DNA of 64,000 nucleotides, from NCBI GenBank assembly GCA_002269645.1, contig NIVC01000543.1, positions 248,001-312,000 of the forward strand. Direction: 5' to 3'. The notes beneath the pieces were generated by a model. The model worked only from the letters and a program-made list of their open reading frames with translations, did not search any database and was not told the origin of the DNA. A program made the translations under genes and the position numbers. Positions 38,742 through 50,706 of the stretch are shown here, piece after piece. Source of the stretch: Macrostomum lignano. Its lineage: Eukaryota. Every line of letters starts with the position of its first letter. Position 1 is the stretch's first letter.

Positions 38742-40166
38742 TTACGGCTTGCCGTGAGTGCTCCTGCCTTTGTCGCCGCTCACGCAGTCCTCCGTAGCCT
38801 TCTTGTCAGTCACGGACTCGCGACCCTCCCTGCAGCGGCCTCTCCCTTTCCCCGGGTCAAATCGCTCCCGGTGCTGGCCGGTAAAGCCTTTGACGTCCGT
38901 TAGGCGAGATGTGGCCTCGTCTTTGGATACTACCTGTGGCGAATGGGTGACTCAGCTTATTTTCTGGAGGGGTGAGTCTTCTACTGAGGTAAATATATGC
39001 ATCCAGGGTAATTTGGATTGACATAAAACTATTGGGCATAGGTTGTGCATGCAAATATGTTTAGTTATTCATATTCAAAAGCTTAACAAGCTCAAGGTTT
39101 TACGAGATTTATAGAACTAGGTCAGACAATACTATACACATATAGGGTACGAACGTATGTACGAATTGTGTAGAATCAAAAGTTTGTCACACAACCCTTT
39201 AACGTACGCAATGCTACACGTATATCAGCTCTCAGGTTTAGCCGCCAGCTATGGACAGGTACTATATCAGGTACAGGCGTACATGTGTCAGCTATGGACA
39301 GGTACTATATTCGGTACAGTATGTACACTTTTATCAGCAATGCACGTTAATATGGTATATCAGGTGCTGTAAATTAATATCAGCCATTGCAGACTGGAAC
39401 TGCCGATTCTCACCGTAACCCCATGCGCCACCGGTCTGGAGGCCGCGATGCGCACCCGCAGCAGCGCCTCGGTCGCTGAGGCACTCTCGACTTTTCGCCG
39501 TCTCTCAGCCTCCTTGCAGAATTGGCCGAGGAAGCTGCAGAACTGATCGAATGTGAGGTCGCTGTGGGATTGGTTTGCTGAACGGATTGAGCCGGGTCTT
39601 TAAAAGGTAAAAAGCTCGCTAAGCTTTGATATCAACGGTGAAACTGAACTTGGATGCTTGGCAAGCGGCTTGGGATACGGTTTCTGAAGGGCTTAATTGT
39701 TTTTAACAAGGAAAAGTGATCCCACCTCGATTTGATATATCAGTGCATATATATTGTAAGAAGAACGAAATACTTCGTAGACGCATCCACATAGGCACTA
39801 TAAACTCAGGAATTTCAACCTACGAGTAGTTTCAGGGGTTTTTTGGCATTTTTCGAAACTAGGTCCTGAAAGTTTCGACGACTGTGTTCGCTTGGCGTGT
39901 TTTACTGGACTCAAATAAAAATCAGTTAACTTGTTGCCTTTACTTAAAAAGTTTTCTCATTGCGAATGCATGGGTGCTCACCCCTTTAGTTTCTCTCTGC
40001 CCTTGAATGCAGCAACAGCAATGTCCATGTCACAGGAAGTGAGTGAGAGCATATCAAAGACACCTGCGTCCATGAACAGCTTCTTTAGAACCTTGTCGCT
40101 GGCTTTTTCCGAGCCCTTCTTTTGCGAGTTGCAGAACGCGAGAAAACTCAAAAGCAGCTCCGACAT
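38742..40166 (-). CDS. TPPP: Tubulin polymerization-promoting protein (TPPP/p25alpha family), exons complement(39982..40166, 39414..39561, 38742..38933), ~174 aa
   Basis: Phase-consistent splicing gives MSELLLSFLAFCNSQKKG...KKLFMDAGVFD...SCDMDIAVAAFKG...DLTFDQFCSFL...HGVT-VVSKDEATSRLTDVKGFTGQHRERFDPGKGRGRCREGR. RLTDxxxFTGxHRERFD is the p25alpha C-terminal signature. Exons 2 and 3 are absent from the supplied ORF track. Confidence 0.85.
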
Positions 40167-40744
40167 AGCGAGTTGGCACCCACTGGCCTAATTTTCACAA
40201 TAAGAGCCGAAAAATATTAACTGTAGATAGCTGCCTCAGGGCCAGGGTTGATTGACTGCAAATAGCTTCAGGCCTATTGCAGTGCTGAACTTCGCAGCCA
40301 AGGTTTAATAAGGACACTATCGCTCCAATCGTCAATCATGAAGGAGGGAAGGGTGCGAACGAAGCGAAGCAAATAGGGAAGGCAAGGAAGGTAGTACAGG
40401 ACTTGCACGCTGTTTAGATGAAGCAGCATCCCTAAGTGTTAGAACTGTTTGCCGGCTTGTGCGCTCATTTATACGAGCGAATGCACATCGATTTTCCGAC
40501 CCAGATTCCAATTTGGAAGCGTTTTGGGGAGAAGACAGATAGGAGAGACATGCAGATGCATGTACCTGTAGATCTTATGCCCGTAAAGGCGCATACAGAA
40601 TTGTGTGTGCAGTGTAAATTCTTCTAAACATGCACTTATATGTACACCAGCGCATGTACGTTTAATAGATATGTTTAATAGATTTAAAAAATGCGTCGTA
40701 AAAGCGCTGTCCGTCAGTTCAAAAAGACAGTGCACGCTTGTCCT

Positions 40745-40835
40745 CGCTGCAAAGTGCCTGCAGCGTCAGCAACAGCCCCTCAGCACCGATTGTGATTGCG
40801 GACTCGGCGCGGATGATATAGTCTGCAACCTGGAG
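40745..40835 (-). mobile_element. Possible degraded Ty1/copia gag fragment
   Basis: A minus frame reads QVADYIIRAESAITIGAEGLLLTL, resembling the copia gag (UBN2-type) motif DYIIRAETAIT...DGLL as I recall it. Short match only. Confidence 0.35.
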
Positions 40836-41164
40836 TCGCCGACGACGCAACAGGTCGCTCGGATGGAATTGCTAGGCCGGCGCGGTGACGTAATGCCGCT
40901 TCGAAAACTCGCTCGTTGCCGAACAACTTATTTGAGGATAAGATCAGATAAGGGATAATTCCAACTGCGTCTTTCATTCGTTGAATTTTATTGCGCTACG
41001 ACATGTAATAGTAGAATTTTTCACAAAGCACTGCGCTGGCAGTCGGTGCGATATCTTTACGTTTCTGGTTTGTGGCCATGTACGGCATGTACTCGATTGA
41101 TCAGATCTTAAAAATCGTAAAGAACAAAGAAAAAAAGAAAAAGCTGTATCCGCAGAGCCGAGTC

Positions 41165-41900
41165 CTGGGCCAATGACAATGGTTTGGAACTCTCTGAGCC
41201 CAAAACTGTTGCCATTATGTTCACCAGTAGAATACGCTGGAACATAAGGCCTCTGCAGCTGCTATACGGCAGAGATATCACCTTCACGCAACAGACCAGA
41301 TGTCTCGGTGTCATACCAGCAGCTCAACTGGTCCTTCCACGTGAAAGGAAAAACCAAGCGGGCCTCGGCCATCCTGGCCCAGCTCCGACGAGCACTTGGC
41401 ACTTCCTGGGGTTTATCCACAAAGCGACTTTGGTGGATCTACACTCCAGGAGTTTGACCTGCCATTACGTACGCTTCTGTTGTCTAGGTTAGCGCCACTC
41501 AGGTCTATAGCCATGCAGCTTTGCTCAACACGATCCAGGGCAGAGCGTGTAGGCTTATCTGCAACGCCACTAGGTCCACGCCCTTTGCCGGCCTTCCTTA
41601 AGGGTTAGGGCCTTCCTTAATCTACCGCCTCTTGACCTCTTGGTCAGGAGTGAAGCGGCTAGAACGACGCTGCGTCTACTAGATTCTGGCGTCGAATTCC
41701 TCTACATGAGAGCACCTGCTAAGTGGAACCTCGTCCCGCATATTGACCTGTTGCCTTAATGTTCTCAACGAGTGTCAGGTCAATCTGAGACAACGCTACT
41801 CCGTAGCTATCGGCCCGCGCGATACCGTAATGACCACTGGAACCCTGGTGAGCTCCACTGCTACACCGACGGTTCCAAGCAGTCCGTCAACACCGGTTTG
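41165..41900 (+). mobile_element. Decayed non-LTR retrotransposon (R1/LOA/I-like) fragment: RT thumb to RNase H
   Basis: Frameshifted translation WANDNGLELSEPKTVAIMFT...RCLGVI / LNWSFHV / LRRALGTSWGLSTKRLWWIYT...PAITYASVV, and later LHCYTDGSK (RNase H first motif). Confidence 0.75.
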
Positions 41901-42079
41901 GTGCTGGAATCTCTTCTGGAAGCTGGAAATCTTGTGTGACGGAGAGGAAAGATCATGAGGTCCTTTCATATTTTGTGCTTCTTCCTCCATATTCACTTTG
42001 ATTCGCAATTCCAACCCCACCCCATGGGTAAGAACGGGTGGGAAGGGGTTGCTTGAGTGAACATCATCAGCCATAGGAT

Positions 42080-42275
42080 TCTGTGCCCGTGGGCATCCCA
42101 CGGAACTTTTGCTCCTTCCTGTGATCTGTACTGTACAAAGAAGATGGCGCCTGATGGCACCCTGGGAGACCTGAATTTCGCTACTAATTTCAGCAACACT
42201 TCTTTTCTCCAAGTAAAACTTTGACAGGACATCAATACGCTGCTTGTCTGTCAGACGACCTCTAATCTCATTTGC
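42080..42275 (-). mobile_element. Tc1/mariner-like transposase N-terminal HTH remnant
   Basis: RGRLTDKQRIDVLSKFYLEKRSVAEISSEIQVSQGAIRRHL...TGRSKSSVGCPR resembles the paired-like HTH plus GRPR linker of Tc1-family transposases. No DDE domain follows. Confidence 0.5.
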
Positions 42276-42828
42276 AAGCTTCGTGAAATTGCTGCTAATC
42301 TCTCTATTAACTCGTAATCGTATTAAACAATGGAATGTCTTGTTGATGGGAAAATATCCTAATAAAAAGGCGTTGGTTGCCATTAAACTATTGGGAGAAA
42401 AATGTCAAGGTGGAGACCGAATAAGCTGGCGGGGCAACCTCTCTAAATAACCCACCAAACAACGTTAAAACTTAGTCTTCCCCAGTTAATGGCTCAGCCA
42501 ATGGCGAACGAGTTACACACAGATTCTCGCGAGAATTGAGCCTTTCCTCGCGAACCCAACTGTAGCTGTTGGCGACACCGGGGGACCTCCCTCGGGGGTG
42601 CCAACCCTTCGTTCATAGCGAAGCGTCGGCCTTTCAAGGATTAGTGGAGTGGGCGTCCGCGCCTTCCCGCTGTCCCCTCCGGGACAGTCCTGCAATTAAG
42701 TCAAGTAAGTCGATCAAGATATTCCGTTGCGTAGCGCGAGAGCCATAAATTTGTAATACATGTACATGCATGATGGTGGCTGTCGGGGTTTGCCCAACGT
42801 ATTTAGTAGCCTATAAAACGGACGGATA

Positions 42829-42955
42829 TCTAATATACTAGTACGCTCTTGCTAAAATTGGTTTGTCTCATTTATATAGGTAGGTATGCGTATGATTTGA
42901 GAAAAATGGCTGAACCGATTTTCAAGAAATTTTACTCACAGAATGTACCGTAATA
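42829..42955 (+). mobile_element. Fragment of a non-autonomous Helitron/HINE-like element (5' part)
   Basis: ATCTAATATACTAG...AAAAATGGCTGAACCGATTTTCAAGAAATTT resembles the conserved block of Lep1/DINE-like elements as I recall it. Confidence 0.35.
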
Positions 42956-44159
42956 GCTGTTGGACTCAAACGTGCACATGTACTTTAAAGTGTTTAAATA
43001 AGTTTCAAGCTACATGTACGAGTACATCCGCTAGGCGTTTCTCTGTCTTTCGGGTGTTTCGCTTAACCTGTGAACTCCAGCTCAATCCAATATGCTAAAA
43101 AAGCTTTATTCATTTGCACTGGCTTTTTGTACGCCCGTACATTCCACATTGTATATCCCTCGCCTAGTTAAAAATATAAGTTTGGACTGGACCAGTTTGA
43201 GACTCGAAGGTTCTTGATTAGCGTAATTTACTGATTTGCATCACAGGCTGGTCATCGAGAAACTACTCGTACAAGAATAGCAAATGCCAAAATAACAGGA
43301 GGGGTTAAACAAGCTCAAAATAATCTTTAGCCAGTTTCCGCGGGCGAAATCACATACTCGTATTGTATCTAACCATGGGCATGGTACGAGTATTTTAAAG
43401 CTGTAACCGAATGCAGACAGACGCTCATGCCATTCAGTTGATACTTCAACTCTGCACTTGATATTTACGAGCGTAGGCTCGTAAAAGCGGGAAAACGAGA
43501 AGTCAAAAAAGTATTACTAATAATCAAAAGCATGAAACTGTTAGATCGTATTAACTCTGCGTGTTCTATCAACAAAGCGGATGAATTTCAGTGTATTATT
43601 TGCTTATCTGACACGCCCTTCAATGCAAGCCACAAAAGAATTGAATGCGACATTGAAAGTACTAAACTATCAGCCCAGACTCATTTAGAACTTCATCAGA
43701 ATAAGCAGCAGAAGTCTCTCAAAGTGGCAAACAACTTACATTTACGGGAGTTTGAGCACAATGCATGAATGTAGCGGAATTTACAAAACACACAGAAAGC
43801 GCACACATGCTGAAGACGAAATGTGGATACAGTCGAATTTCAATGGAAAACTTTCTCTGAACGAAAATGAACGAACGAAAATAGATCTGCTGGACATGAA
43901 TGCCCTAAAAATCATCAACGACATTCTTGACGTGAGCAAAAACCCACAGAATCTAAAATAAATCGTAGAATACACGGACACCACACGGACGAGTCTGATT
44001 ACTTGCTTTCGAATTGGCGCTGGGACAGTGGGTATGGAACACTCAGATTCAACTTGATGTTAGCCTGCAAACTGTAAATTACCTACAAGGATCACTGCCT
44101 AAATCGCCACCTGAGCTCATTCTCACCTGAGCTCATTCTTTGGCATTCACCATCGCTGT

Positions 44160-47100
44160 TCAGCTCGCGCGACAGCGGGGCTCCGGCTCGTCTTCATCAG
44201 CATCACTGTCACTGGCGGCAGGAACGATGCGGTTGCCCATGCTCCTCAGCATCTGTTCCAGCGGGTCCGCGTGCATCAGCCGCTGGTTCCTGGACACGGC
44301 GTCGTCAAGCTCAGGCACGGGCGCCGCGATCTGTCCGGCGGGTTCAGCCTCCATCTCCCCGCCATCGCCAATGTCGGGCTGCTGCTGGGGCGACCACAGG
44401 CGGACCACAGGGTCAATGCCGCTGGTTGCCAGCAAGCAGGTGGTGGGATGCGGCTGAAAGGAATCGAAAGCGTGTGGAGAGACACTATGCGGTTCAAGTT
44501 AGTTGGCAAAGCCAAAGCGAGTGAATACAGCTCAGCAGGCGCTAGTCTAACCTGAAGGCAGTTGACAATTGACTCATCGCCCTTGAGAGCCCTCAGCAGC
44601 AGGCCGGACCGCCGATCCCAGATAAAGAAGTTGCCGTCATCGGAGCCAGCAGTGAGGAAGTCTTGACCAAAGAAGTTCGCCTCCTTTATATCCGTGGTGG
44701 TGTTGCAGTGGCCAACAAACCTCTCGCGCAGGTCGAGGGCATTTTTCCGCAGCTGGCGCTCCGCCTCTGTCAGTTGCAGCGGCTGTGAGTGAGCTGCCTG
44801 TCCCGACTCCAGCTTCTCCAGACTGGAGACCAGCTCCTTGAAAGAGGAGCTCTGCGCGTGCTGGGGAAACCGCTGCCTGAACTGGTTCACGCATTGCTGG
44901 GCCTCCTCTTGCCAGCCCATGTCGCAGAAGGCCCGAGCCAGACGGTATAGCGCCTGGTGAAGCGAGATGGGAATATTGAGTGTCAATCTGAATCGCGAAT
45001 GGTGAATGGGATTTCCGCAACCAGGCCGAGATAACTGCTATATTCAAATTTGAATACGCTCATAGCTGCCTTAGCTGCTTTTTTCATCCTTTTATTGTAG
45101 TCATACCTTTCGCGCCGGAGCTATAATAGAAATACAAAAGCTTCATTCCTGTCGACATGGTCAGCTGGGCTGACCATTTTCTAGACTATAGCTAGAATCT
45201 TATTGCGTCCCTGTGCAAAGCCTTTCTAGCCGAGAAGGGAGCATTTTGAACTCGGCTTGGACAAATCTAGGGTAAAAAAGCAGTTTCAAAGTGCATTTTA
45301 CTTAATGCTCTCTAAATCGATTATGCAGTGTGTACACTCGATATCTAGCTATAGACACTACGGTTCACTTTAAAATCTGCAAGCAGGCCATTTGAAAGAG
45401 AAAGCACTGCACCTACTTAATAAGCACTTAATTCGAGTAGTGCATCATTTTATTTAAAAGTAAATCAGCTACAACTATGGAAATTTTGCATACATCGGAT
45501 TCTGAGACTGATGATGTCATCACAGAGAATGCTGAAATCGAGTCGCTGCATTCCATTACAGATAAGTAGGACTAATTTAACACATTTTTCGTAAATGCGC
45601 TGCTGACCATGCTCGGCAGGAATGGCTACTATGCAGCACATAACTTTTCTTTTGCCATTGACTCCAAAAAATTACCAGAAGTAAAGGCTGTTGGTCCATG
45701 GTCAGCTCTGCTGACTATATGGCAGCTTAAAGTTAAAGTATTTAAGCATTCATTACCAATTAAAAGCATTGCTTGTGTCGGATTTCTATCCTCCAAATAT
45801 TTGTACTTTCTGTTTTGCAATACTTCGACTCCCTTCGTCTACGATGCTCTTCGCCACAGACAATCCCAACCCCGTGAATTTACCATAGATAATTCAGCTA
45901 ACCTGTTCGTTATGTCAGTATAAATACAAGTTCAACTCGCGGCTTGGGCCCTTCACTTATTTTCCTGTTTTCTGCTCCGCTAATCGTTTACAATAAACTC
46001 GTTCTTCTATTCCCTATTGTCAACTTCGACAAACTGAAATACAGAAAGTACAAATATTTGGAGGATGGAAATCCGACAGCTTAAAAACATCTCACTAGAA
46101 AACAGCAAGGCAGCATAAAATTTCAGGTGTGAATCAAAATTTGATCAAGGACCAACCTTGTAGCAGTGAGGGTCGGCAGAGAGCGCTGTCTGGCAGTCGA
46201 TGGCGGCCGCATAGGCATCCCCGTCCCAGCGTCTTTTCAACAGTGCGGCAGCACGGTTACTAAGCAGCAGCGGGCTGCGTGGCGCCAGCAACAGAGCTTT
46301 CGTATAAAGCCGGACGCTGGCGGCCACCTGATCATCCTGCAGCAGGCGGTTGGCTTCGGACTTCAGCTCCGCTGCGGCAGGTGGAAGCTCGACCTCGGTG
46401 GCTGGACAAGTGCGCTGGGCAGCCATCAGCTCGGGCCAAAGTTGCAGCACTGGCTGATGGCTGCAGCCCAGCACGGATGTAGTGTACACTTGCTCTCCGC
46501 CCAAGTTCGCCACCAGGTCACGACCGTCCGGGCTGAAAGTCAGGTAGGTCACCGTCAGCTGACGAGCCCGGCTGTTCGTGTAAGCTCGCGTCAGATGACC
46601 TGATGGAGAAGAATGGATGGGAAATCAGTCTCGGCAGGGTAAACAATGTGGTTCGAGCGCCACGCAACTTTGAATGAGAATAAAAATAACGCCTAACCCT
46701 CTACAAGGTGGCCACGTACAGCATAAAATGAAGCATTTACAGAAATTAGAACTTTTCCTCCGCAGATACTTGTTAGTAGTATACAATGGAAACTTAGCAT
46801 ATAGTTTAATATACAAAAATGAAAATATTGCTTATTATAAACTAAAAACACATTATTGCTTTTTATTGACGGAAACGGCACTAACCGGGAATGTAGTACT
46901 GGCCGCTTTCCGCGTAGGAATTCGGGGCAGGAAACTCTGCATCGCCCAAGGAAGTGGTAGAAGCTGCCTGGCCTTGGTTGTGACCGGCGCGACTGCAACA
47001 TTGGTCAAAGATATTGCATAGTTGCAGACGGGTAGATAAAATTTAATAATGGAACTCTTGAATAGCGAAATTTGTTGCTCGAGTTACAGTTCGAACATGG

Positions 47101-48441
47101 GTTAACAAGCAGCACTCTATTCCTGTGAAGTAATACAGGAAACAAAAACATACAAGGTTGAACCGTGTGCTGCATATAGCGGAACTCTTGAATTTCCACC
47201 CAATTCCAATCACTCACGTGAGACTGAGCTTCCTGCGGTCGAAGAGACGTACGCAGTGGTCGTTGGCGCCTACAGCCAGCATCTCGCTGCGACATGGATT
47301 TATACTGAGACACTTGGCCTCCGCGTTCTGCTGCAGGAGGCAGCCGAGGTCAACCAGCACGTTGGCGGACTGCGGCCCAACTTCTTTTTCGCGCAGGTCG
47401 AATTGGCGGACGGTGCCGTCCTCACTGGCAGACCAAAACAGGAAGGCAGAATCTCCGGCGGTGGCCAGTCGCTTCACTCGCTGCGAGTGGCACTGCAGCG
47501 ACCGCAGCGCTTGGCAGCGGCTAACATCGCTGATGACAATGCGGGCATCCGCGGCCCCAGAGACCAGCGTGGTGTTAGAACTGTGCGGCAGAAAGTTCAC
47601 CGAGAAAATGTTCCCAGAGTGGCCGGTTGGGATCCGAGCCAGGCTGCGACACCTGTGAGGATCCCACACCACGGCGTAGCAGTCATCTGAGCCAGAGGCT
47701 AGCAGGCTGCCGTCCCGGCTCCACTCAAGGCAGTTCACACAGCCGCTGTGGCCCTGAGAAACATAAAATGATGCATCTGAATTGCCTGCTCAGCAATCTT
47801 GCCAGTCATGCAGAGAAGTTAAGGACGGGAAGAAGAGAGGAGAGGTGAAAAACAGAATAAGAGATTGCCTACTGAAGAGTAGCAACGAAAGAATGTGAAG
47901 CGAATTTCTCATACTATGTGCAAGATGTTGCGCAATGCAAGTCCAATAAAGCTTCTAATGCGCGTGCTCACAGAAGAGGCCCTTTCTCAGCAGTTAAGAT
48001 CAGTCGACGAGTAAGAACTCAGCAATATGAATACTCAGCACGCACTCAAAATGTATAGAAATTAAGTCACTATTATTTAATGAGTCCATACTTTATTTGA
48101 AAGGTTAAGCTAGAGGCGGTTTTAACAAGAGTCAATATGAAAACTAATGAAAACTAAAACTGATCGAACTGTAGTTAGACAGAATTTTATACTTGTAATA
48201 TTTCAATAAGCATTTCGGTGTATATGAAACAAATCCTTGTAAGTTTTCTGTAGAGATATGAAAATTTGATCAAGTAGAAAACCTTGATTGTTTATTGCAG
48301 ATTTTATTAGATGAATCAAGATTCAAGAACAATAGCTTTAACAAGAACTTAACTTACTTTTAACTCGTGTGCTAATCCCAGTCTGTTGATGAAGTTGGCC
48401 GTCACTTGTTGTCTTCTTGCCAGGCCCAAATAGTAACCATC
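44160..48441 (-). CDS. WDTC1: WD and tetratricopeptide repeat protein 1 (Adipose/DCAF9); exons complement(48358..48441, 47218..47753, ~46886..46995, 46157..~46608, 44552..44953, 44160..44453); first coding exon not located
   Basis: QVTANFINRLGLAHELK-GHSGCVNCLEWSRDGSLLASGSDD...TGHSGNIFSVNFLP...RVKRLATA...FWSASEDGTVRQFDLRE; TYLTFSPDG...NLGGEQVY; TPR (LLSNRAAALLKRRWDGDAYAA); GHCNTTTDIKEANFFG...AGSDDGNFFIWDR...DESIVNCLQPHP...LATSGIDPVVRLWSP. This WD-TPR-WD layout is diagnostic of WDTC1. Confidence 0.93.
45776..46078. mobile_element. MITE/fold-back element (~300 bp) in a WDTC1 intron
   Basis: 38-bp terminal inverted repeats TGTCGGATTTCTATCCTCCAAATATTTGTACTTTCTGT / ACAGAAAGTACAAATATTTGGAGGATGGAAATCCGACA with one mismatch; possible GCTT flanking duplication. 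Confidence 0.7.
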
Positions 48442-50039
48442 CTGACAATAATACAACATAACATTACAGTTATAATATAAATCACCAAATTTTACAAAAA
48501 TCGAACAAAAATATAAACATAGCATTATCAATGTATCAAAAAAAATATTGACAGCAGATTAGACAGCAGACCTTGATCCTAGGCTTATCTTGCTCTTTAT
48601 ACATTTAGCTTGAGGTGTGACAGGCTGCATTTTTAACACAGTTATTTTTCTGAGATTTTGCACATTTTTGCATGTCTTTTTATGTGCTATCTTTTGGCTT
48701 AACAATCTTATTATATGCTGCAATTGCCTCCACTTGTAAATATTAAACAATGGCACATACTTCACCTGTTAAAATTCTTTTCCTGGTTCCTATTGTTGAC
48801 TATATATACCATGACATTGCAAGACAATAGTGTGTTTTTGGAAATTAGACTAGGTAGGTATGCATACATTAAAATTCAATTGCAAATTTAGCTCATAGAT
48901 CTATTAATAATTGTAATTCTCACTTACATTATCTATATTATCTTTCTACTTTCAGTATGTCTCTTTTCAAAGCAGCAAGCTATGAAATGTGCTGATGCCT
49001 AGTGCAATCTTCTGGTCAATGATCAGAGTTATAAGATTTGGCTCAATCCAGATGCCAATAATTGTCATGAGAGCTGTGCATTGTGCTCCTAGACCAACAT
49101 TGGTTCAGCTAAGGTTTGGTACTATCAAAAATCATACCAAATCAAAAAAAGCATAAAAATATAAGCTAAAAATGGTATTTGGACTTTAAATGCAACAGGT
49201 GTAAATAAAAAGTTATGTAGTTGTGACATATAGGTCAGCCATCCTGCATAGTAAAATCATGTATGTAATAAAAGTTAGACATTGCTAATCTATTAAACAT
49301 GCATTTTCTGCCTTTGAACTTTTTGACTAAGGTACACATACCAAGGATAGATTTTAAAAGGGGCAAAAAAGGAAGACTTATTGCCTACCCCTAAAAAAAA
49401 CCTTTTCCCATGAAACATTTTGTTTTAAAATGTAGGTAAACCTTTGTTTTACATTATATTTTGAAAAAATATATTAGACCATAAGGAATTATTAAATTAT
49501 ATATGCTACATTTGTAGCTTGTAGCATATTGTACAAATCTATTTGTATACATGCTATATTTATGTATATTATAATATATTATATTATATATAATATTATA
49601 TTTATGTATTAAATAGTTTTTGAATAGGCCCCTATTCTTATTTTTTGTCAAACGTAATCTGATAGATTTTTAATTTAAATATATATATTTTTTTATATTT
49701 TATACTTGATATACTGTACTTTACATTTTTTTAATAATTTAATAATAATTTAACAATAATTTTTAATTATTGCTATGTGCTTTATATATTAATACAAGCT
49801 GTTGAAACCCACGGATTTTGAACCCGGGGAATTCCAATCCCCGGAACTACTTTTGCATGTATTCTGAAATCTAAGGCCATACACAAACAAATTAATGTTT
49901 GTAGGATAGAGGTAGACATAAAATGGAGCACATTTGTGTAAAATTAGGGTTTGAGGCAAACGTTGATATTGTTTGCTAGGGTACTCCACAGAATACCAGG
50001 CAATGTCTATCTGACTCTAAAACATGTATTGGCAAACTC

Positions 50040-50556
50040 TGGCCTCTCCCTGACTCTCCCTATGTCCCTTGGATCCTTTAAAATTTCTATTGTCTCTTCT
50101 GTTTCCTTTCTTCTCTCTCATCCCTCGTCTCTCGTCTCTCCTCTCTCTTCTCTTCTCTCGTATCTTCCCTCATCTCTCTTCTCTTTCATCTCTCTTATCT
50201 CATCTCTTCCCTATTCTTTTCTCTCTCCTCTCCTCTCTCCTCTCTACTTTTTCGTTTTCTCCCTCCTCTCCTCTCTCCCCCCTCTTCTCTCATCTCTTCC
50301 TTGTCCTCTCTATTCTTTTCTCTCTTCTCTTAACTCTCTCCTCTACTCTCTCATCTCTCCTCTTTCCTCTCTCCCCTTTTCTCTCGTCTCTTCCCTCTCT
50401 CTCTTTCCTCTCATCTCTTTTCTTGTTTGATCTCTTCTCTCTCCCTTCGTCACTCGTCTCTTCCCTCACCTCTCTTCTCTCTTGTCCGCTCTTTCATCTC
50501 TCCTTTCTCTTCTTTTATCTTTTCTCTCTTATCTCTTCTCGTTTCTTTCTGCTCTG

Positions 50557-50655
<99 letters not shown>

Positions 50656-50706
50656 TCTCTCTCTCCTCCCATCTCTCTTCTCCTCTCTACTCTACTCTCT
50701 ACTCTG
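50040..50706. repeat. CT-rich low-complexity tract including (CT)n microsatellite
   Basis: Read directly. Confidence 0.95.

Noticed and set aside
41796-42383. Bacterial sigma-70 region-4-like HTH suggesting horizontal transfer
   Set aside because: It is better explained as a Tc1-type transposase HTH remnant (followed by a GRPR-like motif) in a TE-debris region.
43532-43961. Two adjacent short ORFs, one with CIIC
   Set aside because: No recognisable domain, no complete zinc-binding pattern and no convincing splice structure.
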